DNA of 64,000 nucleotides from an uncultured Bacilli bacterium (GCA_944372195.1 CALVYK010000005.1:3447-67446); one strand, 5' to 3'. Shown: positions 10,262-19,890, counted from the first letter of the stretch. Notes: generated by a model not told the origin, from the sequence alone. Translations and numbers: made by a program.

Positions 10262-11472
10262 AATTATACGATGAATTAGTATGGCGTGGTTTAATTGAAA
10301 ATATTACTGATGAAAGTTTAATTGAAAAAATAAATAATGGAGGATTAACTTTTTATATAGGAACGGATCCAACCGGCGATAGTTTACATATTGGTCATTA
10401 TTCGACTTTTTCAATGGCAACAAGATTAAAAAGAGGTGGAAATAATCCTATTTTGTTGGTAGGTGGAGCAACTGGATTAATAGGGGATCCTAAACCAACA
10501 GCTGAAAGACCAATGATAACTAAAGAACAATTGGATTATAATTATAAAAAGTTAAGGCGTCAAGTAGAAGATATATTTGGTTTTGAAGTTGTTAATAATT
10601 ATGATTGGTCTAAGGATATTAATTTTATTGATTACTTAAGAGATTATGGTAAATATTTCAATTTAAATTATATGTTAAACAAAGAAACAGTTAAGAGTAG
10701 ATTGGATATTGGAATTACATATACGGAATTCTCATATATGATTATGCAATCATTAGATTTCTTATGGTTATATGAAAATAAAGGATGTACACTACAAATT
10801 GGTGGGTCAGATCAATGGGGTAATATTACATCTGGTGTTGAGTTAATAAGAAAAAAAATAAATAAAGAAGCTTATGGACTAACTATGCCATTGATTACTA
10901 AAGCTGATGGCACTAAATTCGGAAAATCTGAAGGCAATGCAATCTGGTTAGATATCAATAAAACATCTAGCTATGAAATGTATCAATTTTTCTTAAATGC
11001 TGAAGATAGTAAAGTAATTGAATATTTAAAAAAATTAACTTTTTTATCTATTGATGAAATTAATGATTTAGAAAAAAGACATTTGGCATGTCCAGAGAAA
11101 AGAGAAGCTCACAAAGCTTTAGCAAAAGAAGTTATTACATTTTTACATGGATTAGATGAATATAATAAAGCAGTTAAAATAAGCGAATCATTATTTAGCG
11201 GCAATATTAAAAATCTAACTAAAGATGAAATATTAATTGGATTTAAAGGTGTACCAACCTTTAAATTTGAAGAAAAAAATTTGATTGACTTATTAGTAGA
11301 AAATAATATATGCACATCTAAAAGAGAAGCAAGGGAATTTATAAGTAATGGTGCTATTACTATTAATGATGAGAAAATATTAGAAGATAAATTAATAACT
11401 AAAGATATGGCTATTGATAATTCAATCATTGTATTAAGAAAAGGAAAGAAAAAATATTATTTAGGTCTTTAA
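10258..11472 (+). CDS. tyrS: tyrosine--tRNA ligase
   Basis: Class I HIGH (LHIGH) and KMSKS-type (KFGKS) motifs are present, with a C-terminal S4-like domain. The start overlaps the dut stop (ATGA). Confidence 0.95.
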   Translation: MKLYDELVWRGLIENITDESLIEKINNGGLTFYIGTDPTGDSLHIGHYSTFSMATRLKRGGNNPILLVGGATGLIGDPKPTAERPMITKEQLDYNYKKLRRQVEDIFGFEVVNNYDWSKDINFIDYLRDYGKYFNLNYMLNKETVKSRLDIGITYTEFSYMIMQSLDFLWLYENKGCTLQIGGSDQWGNITSGVELIRKKINKEAYGLTMPLITKADGTKFGKSEGNAIWLDINKTSSYEMYQFFLNAEDSKVIEYLKKLTFLSIDEINDLEKRHLACPEKREAHKALAKEVITFLHGLDEYNKAVKISESLFSGNIKNLTKDEILIGFKGVPTFKFEEKNLIDLLVENNICTSKREAREFISNGAITINDEKILEDKLITKDMAIDNSIIVLRKGKKKYYLGL

Positions 11473-11504
11473 TTTTTTATAATATATTACTATTTTTTAA
11501 AATT

Positions 11505-11549
11505 AAAACTCTATAATTTTTGTTTTAACAAGATTTGTAGAGTTTTTTG
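11505..11549 (+). terminator. intrinsic terminator after tyrS
   Basis: Stem aaactcta.../...tagagttt followed by TTTTT. Confidence 0.6.
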
Positions 11550-11682
11550 TTTATATTTATTCGTTATTGATTTTTTTAATCTAGCTTAGTTATATGAGAC
11601 ATTTTCAAAATTGTCTAAAAATAAATTTATAAAATTATTGTAATATATTAAAATATATGTTATAATTTACTTGCATTGATTT

Positions 11683-11756
11683 AGGGGTGTAATTCAATGG
11701 TAGAATGACGGTCTCCAAAACCGTTCATGTGGGTTCAACTCCTGCCACCCCTGCCA
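11683..11756 (+). tRNA. trnW: tRNA-Trp (anticodon CCA), encoded CCA end
   Basis: A 74-nt cloverleaf was folded by hand. The acceptor stem is AGGGGTG/CACCCCT, the anticodon loop is CTCCAAA, the T-loop is TTCAACT, and the discriminator G is followed by CCA. Confidence 0.9.
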
Positions 11757-11857
11757 TTTAGAAATTTGCTCCAACTTTTGGAGTTAAATACACTGAAAAC
11801 GCTTGATTTTAAACGGAAAATCGGCGTTTTTTAATTTTTGTAAAATGGTGTAAAAAA

Positions 11858-12151
11858 GTGAACTTTTTAATCGATGATTTGAACAAAAATGTGCAGTTTG
11901 AATCGAAAATTAAAAATATATGCAGTTTTAATAATGTGAAATGTGAATTTCAACAAGGCAAAATATTAACTATTAAAAATACTAATATAAGTTTTATTAA
12001 GCCTCATCAAATTAATATAAATATAAAGGATAAACAAATTATATTAATTTATATTAATGAAGATAATTTATTCTTATACAACAGAACTATGCCTATTACT
12101 ACGAAACAACTAGATACTTTACTTAAGGAACTTAAAAAAGAAGTAATATGA
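11858..12151 (+). CDS. hypothetical protein (island)
   Basis: ORF with a GTG start, coupled to the downstream Rep gene by a 4-nt overlap. Confidence 0.45.
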   Translation: MNFLIDDLNKNVQFESKIKNICSFNNVKCEFQQGKILTIKNTNISFIKPHQININIKDKQIILIYINEDNLFLYNRTMPITTKQLDTLLKELKKEVI

Positions 12152-13263
12152 GTATGAAAATACAACGTATAAGAAAAAAAATTATTAATGATGAGGCAAT
12201 AGTTAGTGTTAAGGAAATGGGAAATACTTATGAAATTTGTTGGTGTGAACATAAAAATAATAAAGCTCCTATTCAAAAAATAGATAAGGATTATTATTTA
12301 ATAACCGCTACAGGAGAAGTAAAACAATGTAAGCATATTAAAAATAGATACCAAAGTAAAGCACAATTATCTCAAAGTTTTAAACGATTAAGAGAATTAA
12401 TCAATACTAATGTAACCAATATTAATAACTGTAGATGGTTGACGCTTACTTATAGGGAATACATGACTGATACAAAACAAGCATATCTAGATTTTGATAA
12501 ATTTATGAAAAGATTAAGATATAGATATGGAAATATAGAATATATTAATGTATGTGAACCACAAGGAAATGGAAGATGGCATTTTCATTGTTTAATTATA
12601 TTCCCTACTAAAGCTCCATATATACCTAACGATGAAATAACTGAAATATGGAGACATGGTTTTACTAAGACACAAAAATTAAGTGGACAAATAGATAATC
12701 TTGGTGCTTATCTTTCCGCTCATATAAGTGATGTAAAACTTGGTGAGGCTGAAACACTTGGGTTAAAATATGAGTTAGAAGATATAAAAAAAGTAGATAA
12801 GATGGATGGGAAAAAGTTACGCCAACCTAAATATTTTATTAAAGGTGCTAGATTAGATTTATATCCACCTGGGTTTAATTTATATAGAACTTCAAAAGGT
12901 ATTAAAAAACCTAATAAAGAATATATGAGTTATAAAGAAGCAAAAGAAAAAATAGGCATGGATCAACCTACTTATTCTAAATCAGTACAAATTACTGATA
13001 GTAATGGGCAATTCTCTAACAAAATTACCTATGAGCATTATAACACGAGAAGAAGAAAGAAGCATAAGAAGATACAAAATACCAGTAAATATGATGCGAC
13101 CAAGAATAAAAAATATCATAATGGTGATAAGGTATCTAAAAATACCTTTTTTTTATCTCATAAGAGAATAATTACACAAATCAAGCAAATATCTAGTAAA
13201 ATATATAGATTATGTGTGAAAATAGGTAAGTGTCTTAAACTATTATATAAAAAGCGAGAATAA
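12148..13263 (+). CDS. HUH-type rolling-circle replication initiator (Rep_1-like)
   Basis: Motif I is WLTLTY, the HUH motif is RWHFHCLII, and the candidate catalytic-Tyr motif is LGAYLSAHISD. The C-terminal tail is basic. Confidence 0.65.
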   Translation: MSMKIQRIRKKIINDEAIVSVKEMGNTYEICWCEHKNNKAPIQKIDKDYYLITATGEVKQCKHIKNRYQSKAQLSQSFKRLRELINTNVTNINNCRWLTLTYREYMTDTKQAYLDFDKFMKRLRYRYGNIEYINVCEPQGNGRWHFHCLIIFPTKAPYIPNDEITEIWRHGFTKTQKLSGQIDNLGAYLSAHISDVKLGEAETLGLKYELEDIKKVDKMDGKKLRQPKYFIKGARLDLYPPGFNLYRTSKGIKKPNKEYMSYKEAKEKIGMDQPTYSKSVQITDSNGQFSNKITYEHYNTRRRKKHKKIQNTSKYDATKNKKYHNGDKVSKNTFFLSHKRIITQIKQISSKIYRLCVKIGKCLKLLYKKRE

Positions 13264-13706
13264 TTATTAATTAAAATATTCTTCTCGTAACATCTAGTAA
13301 TTAATTAAATTAAGTTAGTGTTAATTAAAATTAGTATATAAACGTTTAACTTGATTATTATTAAACATTACGAGATATTAGTTAAAATTGTTGTAAGTAT
13401 ATTGAAATAAACAAACATCTATCTACTATATAAAAGTAATTTTGATAAGTAATATTAGTAGTTGTAGGTGTTCAATAGGATATATAAAATATCGCTTTGT
13501 TTATTGTAAAATTTATATTTTTAGTTTAAAAATATAAAATAGATATTAGGGCCATCACAGGCCCTAATCCTTACCTTAGTTTATAAATGTTTTATTTTTG
13601 ATTATAAACGCATTCTTTTTGTAAGCGATATCTTTATCGAGGCTTAAAAAAATATTGAAAAAATCGCGTTAAAAACGCGAAATAAATATAGGTAAATATT
13701 GATTAT

Positions 13707-14033
13707 CTAACTTCTCCATGTATTAATTATTAAAGGATTTTCACTTTTGATAGTTAAGTTATATTTTAATTCGAGTATTTCTTTAATTAAATCTTTAATA
13801 TCATCTAAGTTTGGGAAAATATTAAAAACATTTGTGATACTAACATAATACCTTTTTAGTGATATATTTTCTAAACAGTTCCGATAATAAAAATTAGCTA
13901 ATCTATAGGAAACTACTTCGGGTACAATATACTTACAAAAATAATTTTCAAAATCTTGTTCTAATTCAAGATTTTCTTTACTTACTTCTCTCAAACTACT
14001 ATTTTTAGGTAATTCTGATATAATTTTTTGCAT
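13707..14033 (-). CDS. hypothetical protein (downstream of the XRE repressor)
   Basis: ORF only. Confidence 0.4.
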   Translation of the reverse strand: MQKIISELPKNSSLREVSKENLELEQDFENYFCKYIVPEVVSYRLANFYYRNCLENISLKRYYVSITNVFNIFPNLDDIKDLIKEILELKYNLTIKSENPLIINTWRS

Positions 14034-14121
14034 AACCTACCACACTCCTATGAATATTTTATAATTTTAATTTAGGTTACGCAATATGGGTAAAAAAAAT
14101 AACTATTACTGGAAATAGTTA

Positions 14122-14442
14122 TTAATTTTCAAATGGGTTAGTTGGTGGATTTTTAATTGGTTTTTCTAAGAAAAAAGCATATAGAGGAATATTAAGAGCG
14201 TTGGCAATTTTTTTTAATAAAACAATGCTTATAGTTTGCATAGTATTTTCTGACTCTAAATTGGCTACCATAGATGCACTCGTATCAGCAAGCTCTGCTA
14301 ATTTTTCTTGAGTAATTCTACCATATTCATCGGTATCCTTATCAGAACAATTGTGATTTATTCGGTAGAATTTAATATTGTGTCCTATCATTTTTAAAAT
14401 TTGTTTATCTTCTTCACTTTGTTTTATTCTCATTACTATCAC
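14122..14442 (-). CDS. XRE-family HTH transcriptional regulator (island repressor candidate)
   Basis: The HTH_3 pattern is ITQEKLAELADTSASMVANLESEN. The gene is divergent from the island operon promoter. Confidence 0.8.
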   Translation of the reverse strand: MIVMRIKQSEEDKQILKMIGHNIKFYRINHNCSDKDTDEYGRITQEKLAELADTSASMVANLESENTMQTISIVLLKKIANALNIPLYAFFLEKPIKNPPTNPFEN

Positions 14443-14513
14443 TTTCCTTTCTTTACTGAAAAACTTTCTATTAAATTATGAACTAATATCACTAATTTTA
14501 GTATTGATTATAA

Positions 14514-14637
14514 ACTGATGTTATATCAGCAAAAATGTTGACAATTATTTCCAAAAATGGTATTATGTTTATAACAGCTGATAAGTAGTATAAGTTGGCT
14601 GCTTAAAAAGAGGACAGCTAATATAGTGTCCTTTTTT
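14514..14637 (+). promoter_or_regulatory. operator-promoter-leader-terminator cassette, copy 1
   Basis: The cassette contains CTGAT-N5-ATCAG (14515-14529), TTGACA (14538-14543), a 17-nt spacer and TATTAT (14561-14566). The leader carries AGCTGATAAGTAGTA. The hairpin AGGACA/TGTCCT (14611-14631) is followed by T6. Confidence 0.65.
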
Positions 14638-14777
14638 GCTTTTTAACATTAATTGTAGTGAAAATATATTTGATATTTTTAATAAGAAGAAATTAGGTGC
14701 CTATCCTTGATATTTGGGTTACACTTGTAAATATGAAATGTAATATAAATATTATAAATGGGAAATGAGTTGATTAT

Positions 14778-15569
14778 GTGAATAAAAAAATAGTTGGTAA
14801 CCATATATCTAATATTGAAAATATAACTGGTAAAGTTAAAGACATAACAATTCAAGCTACAGTAAAAGAAATTAAGAAATTTGAATTTGAAGATACACTT
14901 GTTATTATATTAAATTTAGTTGATAATAGTGGTAAAATTAATGGTTATATTGTATCTGATAGGGATAAACAAGAATTAGAAATTATAGATAGTATTAGTA
15001 AAGATCATCAGTACTCTATTCGAGGAAATATATTAATTTTAAATGATGAGGTAATTAATAATTTATTTAGCGACTATAAGGAAATAATTAATTATATTCA
15101 AAGTGATAAACTATTGGTAGTTCATTCCATTAAAGAAGTAGATGTTATTCATGATACTTTTAAAGTTAATAGTATTAAATTATATTTGCAGGATTGCGAT
15201 AATAAAAATTCTGTTAGTAAATCAAATTATATTGAGATACCCATTAATTGTGTGAAAATGTTTCATATTAACAATATCTACTCTTCTATTCACTTTTATA
15301 ATAATCAAGATTATGTAGAGTCTAGGGACTGTGATACTTTTAGTTTATTTTTATATAAAGAAAAATTGAGAAAAAAAGATATTAAGAGATTATTTGGAAA
15401 TATAAATATTTATTCTATAGAAGTAAAGTTTGATGATGGAAAAAAGGATTTTTATAACCTACCATTTTATTCTAAGGATGATACTCATAATCTTTTACAA
15501 GTAATTAATGATATAGATCAGTCTATTAGTGTATATATTAGTAGAGATATACAGTTTAAATGGAGATGA
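14778..15569 (+). CDS. hypothetical protein with an N-terminal OB-fold-like segment
   Basis: GTG start. The N-terminal pattern ITIQATVKEIKKFEFEDTLVIILNLVDNSGKINGYIV resembles nucleic-acid-binding OB folds. The remainder is unrecognised. Confidence 0.45.
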   Translation: MNKKIVGNHISNIENITGKVKDITIQATVKEIKKFEFEDTLVIILNLVDNSGKINGYIVSDRDKQELEIIDSISKDHQYSIRGNILILNDEVINNLFSDYKEIINYIQSDKLLVVHSIKEVDVIHDTFKVNSIKLYLQDCDNKNSVSKSNYIEIPINCVKMFHINNIYSSIHFYNNQDYVESRDCDTFSLFLYKEKLRKKDIKRLFGNINIYSIEVKFDDGKKDFYNLPFYSKDDTHNLLQVINDIDQSISVYISRDIQFKWR

Positions 15570-15572
15570 TAA

Positions 15573-16202
15573 ATGAAAACAGGATTTGATGAGTTAGATA
15601 ATATTATTCATAGTATGAAGAATAAGGAGGTACTTTTAATTGCTGGTGGACCGGCCGTTGGTAAAACAACGCTTGCTATTGATATAATCAATAGTGTTGC
15701 AAAAGAAACAGATAAACCAGTATTGTATTTTAGTTTGGAGAAATCAAAGAAATCTTTAGAACCAAGAATTTTAAGTGATAACATAGTAATTTCATTGGCT
15801 TCATCAATTACATCTATACATATGACTAGTGAAAAAATGTATAGAGAATATGGTGGGTTATCTTTAATTGTAGTTGATTACCTACAATTAGTAAAAACGG
15901 GGATTTCTGATGAAGCATATGAATACACAAGAAAGAAAGTAATTGAAATCCTCCATCATATAGCGATTATGTTGGATGTACCAGTTATTGTTCTTTCAGG
16001 ATTATCGGCATCAAATAATATGGAGTATTATTTTAAATTAAAAAGTTATTCAAATTATGTTAGCAATATGTTGATTTTATATAAGAAGATGAACGATAAT
16101 CGACTAAAAATCGAAGTAATTGATAATACTGGGTTATTTCTTGGACGTGTAGACTTAACTTTTAATGAAAAGTTATTAAGCTTTAAAGAAATTGTTAATT
16201 AG
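15573..16202 (+). CDS. DnaB C-terminal (RecA-fold) domain-only ATPase
   Basis: Motifs are TGFDELD, Walker A GGPAVGKTT, and Walker B/DnaB motif LIVVDYLQLV. There is no N-terminal helicase domain and the protein is only 209 aa. Confidence 0.7.
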   Translation: MKTGFDELDNIIHSMKNKEVLLIAGGPAVGKTTLAIDIINSVAKETDKPVLYFSLEKSKKSLEPRILSDNIVISLASSITSIHMTSEKMYREYGGLSLIVVDYLQLVKTGISDEAYEYTRKKVIEILHHIAIMLDVPVIVLSGLSASNNMEYYFKLKSYSNYVSNMLILYKKMNDNRLKIEVIDNTGLFLGRVDLTFNEKLLSFKEIVN

Positions 16203-16243
16203 TTTCTAATATTAAAAAATAAAAAAAGGATGGTGTTTAGAAA

Positions 16244-17083
16244 ATGAAAAATGGAAAGAAAAAATTATTAATTATAGTAGCAGTTATAATAGGTGTTGTT
16301 GCGATAGTTGGAATATTATTAGTACTCGATGAACAAAAAAAGGAAGAAGAACAAGAAAGACTTACTTTCTTAGAAAAATTTAACACAGCATGGTATGATG
16401 ACACAGGTTTAAAATTAACAATTCATAATCTAAATCTTAATTCTTGTTCATATGAATGGAGAGGTTTATCTGATTTCTTTAATATGAGTAATTGTGAATT
16501 AGAAATAGATGAAGAAAATCAAAATTTAAAATTAACTTATACTTTGAAAATAACAGATAATGGACAAAGTACAACTCAAGAAGTTGAAAAATATTTAAAG
16601 TATAATGATGATGTTACCGAATTGGTCCTACAAAATGATGGGACAAATGAAGAAGATTATGTATTCATAAAAGAAGATAGTGTTGAAGATTTTAATAAAG
16701 ATTATCATGTTTATTCTTTAACGAACAACGGTGTTAATTTGAAGATGTATCCACATGGGTTATGTGCATTTGATTTTAGTCCATTAACTCAAACTCATTC
16801 AATGACTGGTTCATATACTGGAGCAACATTAAATGTTGTTTATAATGGTGGTAATTGTTCATATACAACTACAGATTATAGAAATTTTGTTATAAAATAT
16901 GATGGTACATTTACTGCTGTAATGATACCTGGTGGAGATCTTTATAGAAATAGAAATGTGGTTGATACGCCAAATAATGAAATACATATTACTTTTGATG
17001 AGGATGATGTAGTATATCAAGAACCTCAATATACCAATGGAGAATGGGAAATTGGTTCTATTACTTACTATAAATCAAATTAA
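16244..17083 (+). CDS. N-terminally membrane-anchored exported protein, function unknown
   Basis: A single TM segment (LLIIVAVIIGVVAIVGILLVL) is followed by a K/E-rich linker. Confidence 0.5.
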   Translation: MKNGKKKLLIIVAVIIGVVAIVGILLVLDEQKKEEEQERLTFLEKFNTAWYDDTGLKLTIHNLNLNSCSYEWRGLSDFFNMSNCELEIDEENQNLKLTYTLKITDNGQSTTQEVEKYLKYNDDVTELVLQNDGTNEEDYVFIKEDSVEDFNKDYHVYSLTNNGVNLKMYPHGLCAFDFSPLTQTHSMTGSYTGATLNVVYNGGNCSYTTTDYRNFVIKYDGTFTAVMIPGGDLYRNRNVVDTPNNEIHITFDEDDVVYQEPQYTNGEWEIGSITYYKSN

Positions 17084-17103
17084 ATTTTTAATATAAAGTT
17101 ACT

Positions 17104-17231
17104 ACTGATAAAATATCAGTAAAATAAATTGACAATATCCAATATTTTTGGTATGATATATACATCAGTTAATTAAGCGGTGCCTATTAGCTGATGTAGT
17201 AATAGGACAGCTTGTATAGTGTCCTTTTTCT
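17104..17231 (+). promoter_or_regulatory. operator-promoter-leader-terminator cassette, copy 2
   Basis: The cassette contains CTGAT-N5-ATCAG (17105-17119), TTGACA (17129-17134), a 17-nt spacer and TATGAT (17152-17157). The leader carries AGCTGATGTAGTA. Three overlapping hairpins end in AGGACA/TGTCCT (17204-17225) followed by a T-run. Confidence 0.65.
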
Positions 17232-17299
17232 TTTGTTTGTTTTTAATAAAAGGGAGTTGTTATTATGTTAGTAAATTTTTATTTTGAGTGTGATAACAG

Positions 17300-18166
17300 A
17301 TGAAATTGTTAGGTAATATTAATATGTTTATAAAAAAGCATATTTTAGTTACTTCAATAATAATTTTGTTAATAATTGCTATTGTTGTGGTATCTCTATT
17401 GTTATTTAATAAACCTAAAACTAATATTGAGTTGTATGATGATTTAAATTTAGAAATAAACAGCGAAGTATATTTATTATCTTTAATAAAAAGAGTGGAT
17501 AACGGAGAATTACTAACAGAGAATATAAGAGTTGATACTTCTACTTTAGGTAAGCAACAAATAAATATTAAATATCTTAATGAGTTTGGTAAGGAAGAAG
17601 AATATAGTTTTGAAATTAATATAGTAGATACTACTAAACCGGTTATAGAATTTGAAAGTGAGCTATCTACAATTGTTGGAAATGAAATAAATTTATTAGA
17701 AAGAGTGCAAGTGAGTGATAATTCTTTAGAAGAATTAAGTGTAAATGTAAGTGGAGATTATAATTTTAATGTTGTAGGGACATATAATTTGAAATATGTT
17801 GTTACTGATAGTAGTGGTAATACTACCGAGGAAGAATTTATTTTAAAAGTAAACAATGCTACTATAAAATATAATGGATATTATGCTCATTCCTCTTCTA
17901 CTCTATCAGGAAGTTATCAGTTTAAAAATGATGGTACATTCCGTTTTGTATATCAATATTGTGATTTTGGTGTTGCTTGTGGTGGCGATTATCAAACGGG
18001 TATTTATGAAATAAAAGGAAATAAAATTCTTGCAACAACTACAACTATTTATGATGAAATGGGAGAGCCATTATCTTATCATTACGAATTTGAATTTGTG
18101 ATAATAAATGAAAATAAAATAACTACTAATGGTAATGAATTTAATTATAGAACGGAATTATATTAA
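17300..18166 (+). CDS. membrane-anchored protein with an Ig-like (DUF5011-type) domain
   Basis: N-terminal TM segment. The region DTTKPVIEF...GTYNLKYVVTDSSGNTTEEEFILKV is typical of DUF5011/HYR-like Ig folds. The start may instead be the ATG at 17324. Confidence 0.55.
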   Translation: MKLLGNINMFIKKHILVTSIIILLIIAIVVVSLLLFNKPKTNIELYDDLNLEINSEVYLLSLIKRVDNGELLTENIRVDTSTLGKQQINIKYLNEFGKEEEYSFEINIVDTTKPVIEFESELSTIVGNEINLLERVQVSDNSLEELSVNVSGDYNFNVVGTYNLKYVVTDSSGNTTEEEFILKVNNATIKYNGYYAHSSSTLSGSYQFKNDGTFRFVYQYCDFGVACGGDYQTGIYEIKGNKILATTTTIYDEMGEPLSYHYEFEFVIINENKITTNGNEFNYRTELY

Positions 18167-18185
18167 AATTGGAGCGTGAGTAAAA

Positions 18186-19202
18186 ATGAAAATATTAATT
18201 GGTATTGTAGAGTTTATTAAAACCCATATTGTTATTAGTACAGTTGTTGCTATAGTTGTTGTAGGTGGTACTACTTCTGCTATTATACTCTATAATTTAA
18301 ATAATAATGATAATAGTAGTCAAATTGAAGATAATAATAATCAAGTTGAGGAAGAAAAAACAGAGGAACAAGATCAAGGGCAAACTAATACCTGTGAAGA
18401 AAATTATATTTTGAATGAAAATGGTGAATGTGTAGAAATTGAAAATGAAGAAAATATAGAAGATGTAGAAGATAACTCTAATAATCAAAATACTACAGGA
18501 AATACTGGGGATAATAGTAATAATAATACTCAAAATAATAGTACTTCTAATAATAATAATCAAAATACATCATCAGAGAATAATGACAATAACCAAAATA
18601 CTTCATCTGATAATAGTAATCAAGATGACAATTCTTCAAATAATAATGATAATAATTCGGATAATGAAAATGAAGAAGACTTGCATGCAGGCATGATAAA
18701 TTTAAATGAAAATGTTAAGTATAAAATTGCAACTCTCGAATGTGGTGAATATATGTATATAAATCCTGTTTGTATTAATAAATCAGTTGGCGAATTAAAA
18801 ACAATGTTTCCTGATTATAATAAATCATTTTTTGAATATAATGAAGATTTTTATCCAGACTCTTATATATATACTTCTTCACGATTATATGGTGGAGCTC
18901 ATATGTTAGTCGATGCTTTTCCTGATTGTAGGATGGATATACCAGTTAATATTCAAAACGAAATAAAAAATTTGAAAAGTAAAGGAATTATATATAATGT
19001 TTCTAATGAAAAAGTTGAACCACAATGGATTTATTTTGAGGAATCTAAATATAACGATTTTACTGATGACAGGTCTACAATTCTAGGAAGATTTGGGTTA
19101 TTTGACAATGCTGCTTGTGGAAGTGGTGATCCTATTTTATTTTCAGATATATTAGATGAAAAAATTTGTGAAGAATATAATTTATCTTGTGGTAGATGGT
19201 AG
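18186..19202 (+). CDS. membrane-anchored protein with an N/D/S-rich low-complexity spacer and a Cys-containing C-terminal domain
   Basis: A TM segment is followed by ~120 aa of N/Q/D/S/E-rich spacer and then a globular C-terminus. Confidence 0.5.
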   Translation: MKILIGIVEFIKTHIVISTVVAIVVVGGTTSAIILYNLNNNDNSSQIEDNNNQVEEEKTEEQDQGQTNTCEENYILNENGECVEIENEENIEDVEDNSNNQNTTGNTGDNSNNNTQNNSTSNNNNQNTSSENNDNNQNTSSDNSNQDDNSSNNNDNNSDNENEEDLHAGMINLNENVKYKIATLECGEYMYINPVCINKSVGELKTMFPDYNKSFFEYNEDFYPDSYIYTSSRLYGGAHMLVDAFPDCRMDIPVNIQNEIKNLKSKGIIYNVSNEKVEPQWIYFEESKYNDFTDDRSTILGRFGLFDNAACGSGDPILFSDILDEKICEEYNLSCGRW

Positions 19203-19289
19203 GATAAAGTAAGGGTAGAACAACTAACTCTACTCTTTTTAATTGCCACTTATTGACTATTTATATATAATCAGTTCGAGGTGAAGAAT

Positions 19290-19649
19290 ATGGAAAATAA
19301 AGGTAAAATACTTCAATTAGTTGATGGAGAAAAATTAACTATCATAGGTCCTAATAACAAAAGTAACTTGAGAATTGTTTGTAATGATAATACTTTAGTA
19401 GTTGAAGAACAGATTAATCAACATCTAACTCCGAATATACAAATTAATAATGTTAGTTTTGTTGATATAAAGAGATTTGTCCTATTTGAAAGTTATTATC
19501 AAAATGCTGTTGGCGAAGATATAAACAATGAATTGAAAAATGAAAATAATAAGATTATGGACTATCATATGGATAGAATTTATGGTAAAAATAATAAAAA
19601 TTTAGAAATAGTAGATACTGATTTTCAATGTATTACCTATTATGAATAA
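19290..19649 (+). CDS. hypothetical protein
   Basis: GAGGTG precedes the ATG at 19290. An upstream TTGCCA-N17-TATAAT lies after a terminator hairpin (19208-19242). Confidence 0.45.
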   Translation: MENKGKILQLVDGEKLTIIGPNNKSNLRIVCNDNTLVVEEQINQHLTPNIQINNVSFVDIKRFVLFESYYQNAVGEDINNELKNENNKIMDYHMDRIYGKNNKNLEIVDTDFQCITYYE

Positions 19650-19881
19650 TTTAGAATTAAAACCGCTAACAGAAGAAGAAATTAATAAAAATCGAGTTGA
19701 AACTATTAATCAGTATAGAATATTACAGTACCTAAAAAATAATCTTAATATTTTTGCTTTTAAAGTTTATTTGTATTCGCGTGATATTATTATGGTAGTT
19801 GATATAAAAAATATGGTTGGATATTTTTATTATGATAGTATTAAAAAAGAAGTAGTTTTTTTAGAAGAAATAAAAAAATAG
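19642..19881 (+). CDS. hypothetical protein
   Basis: 8-nt overlap with the upstream ORF. Confidence 0.4.
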   Translation: MNNLELKPLTEEEINKNRVETINQYRILQYLKNNLNIFAFKVYLYSRDIIMVVDIKNMVGYFYYDSIKKEVVFLEEIKK

Positions 19882-19890
19882 AGTTAGGCT

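Noticed and set aside
18290-18680. Repetitive AAT/GAT-rich stretch that looks like a microsatellite or repeat array.
   Set aside because: It is in frame within ORF 18186-19202 and encodes an N/D/S/Q-rich low-complexity linker. It has no fixed repeat unit and no spacer structure.
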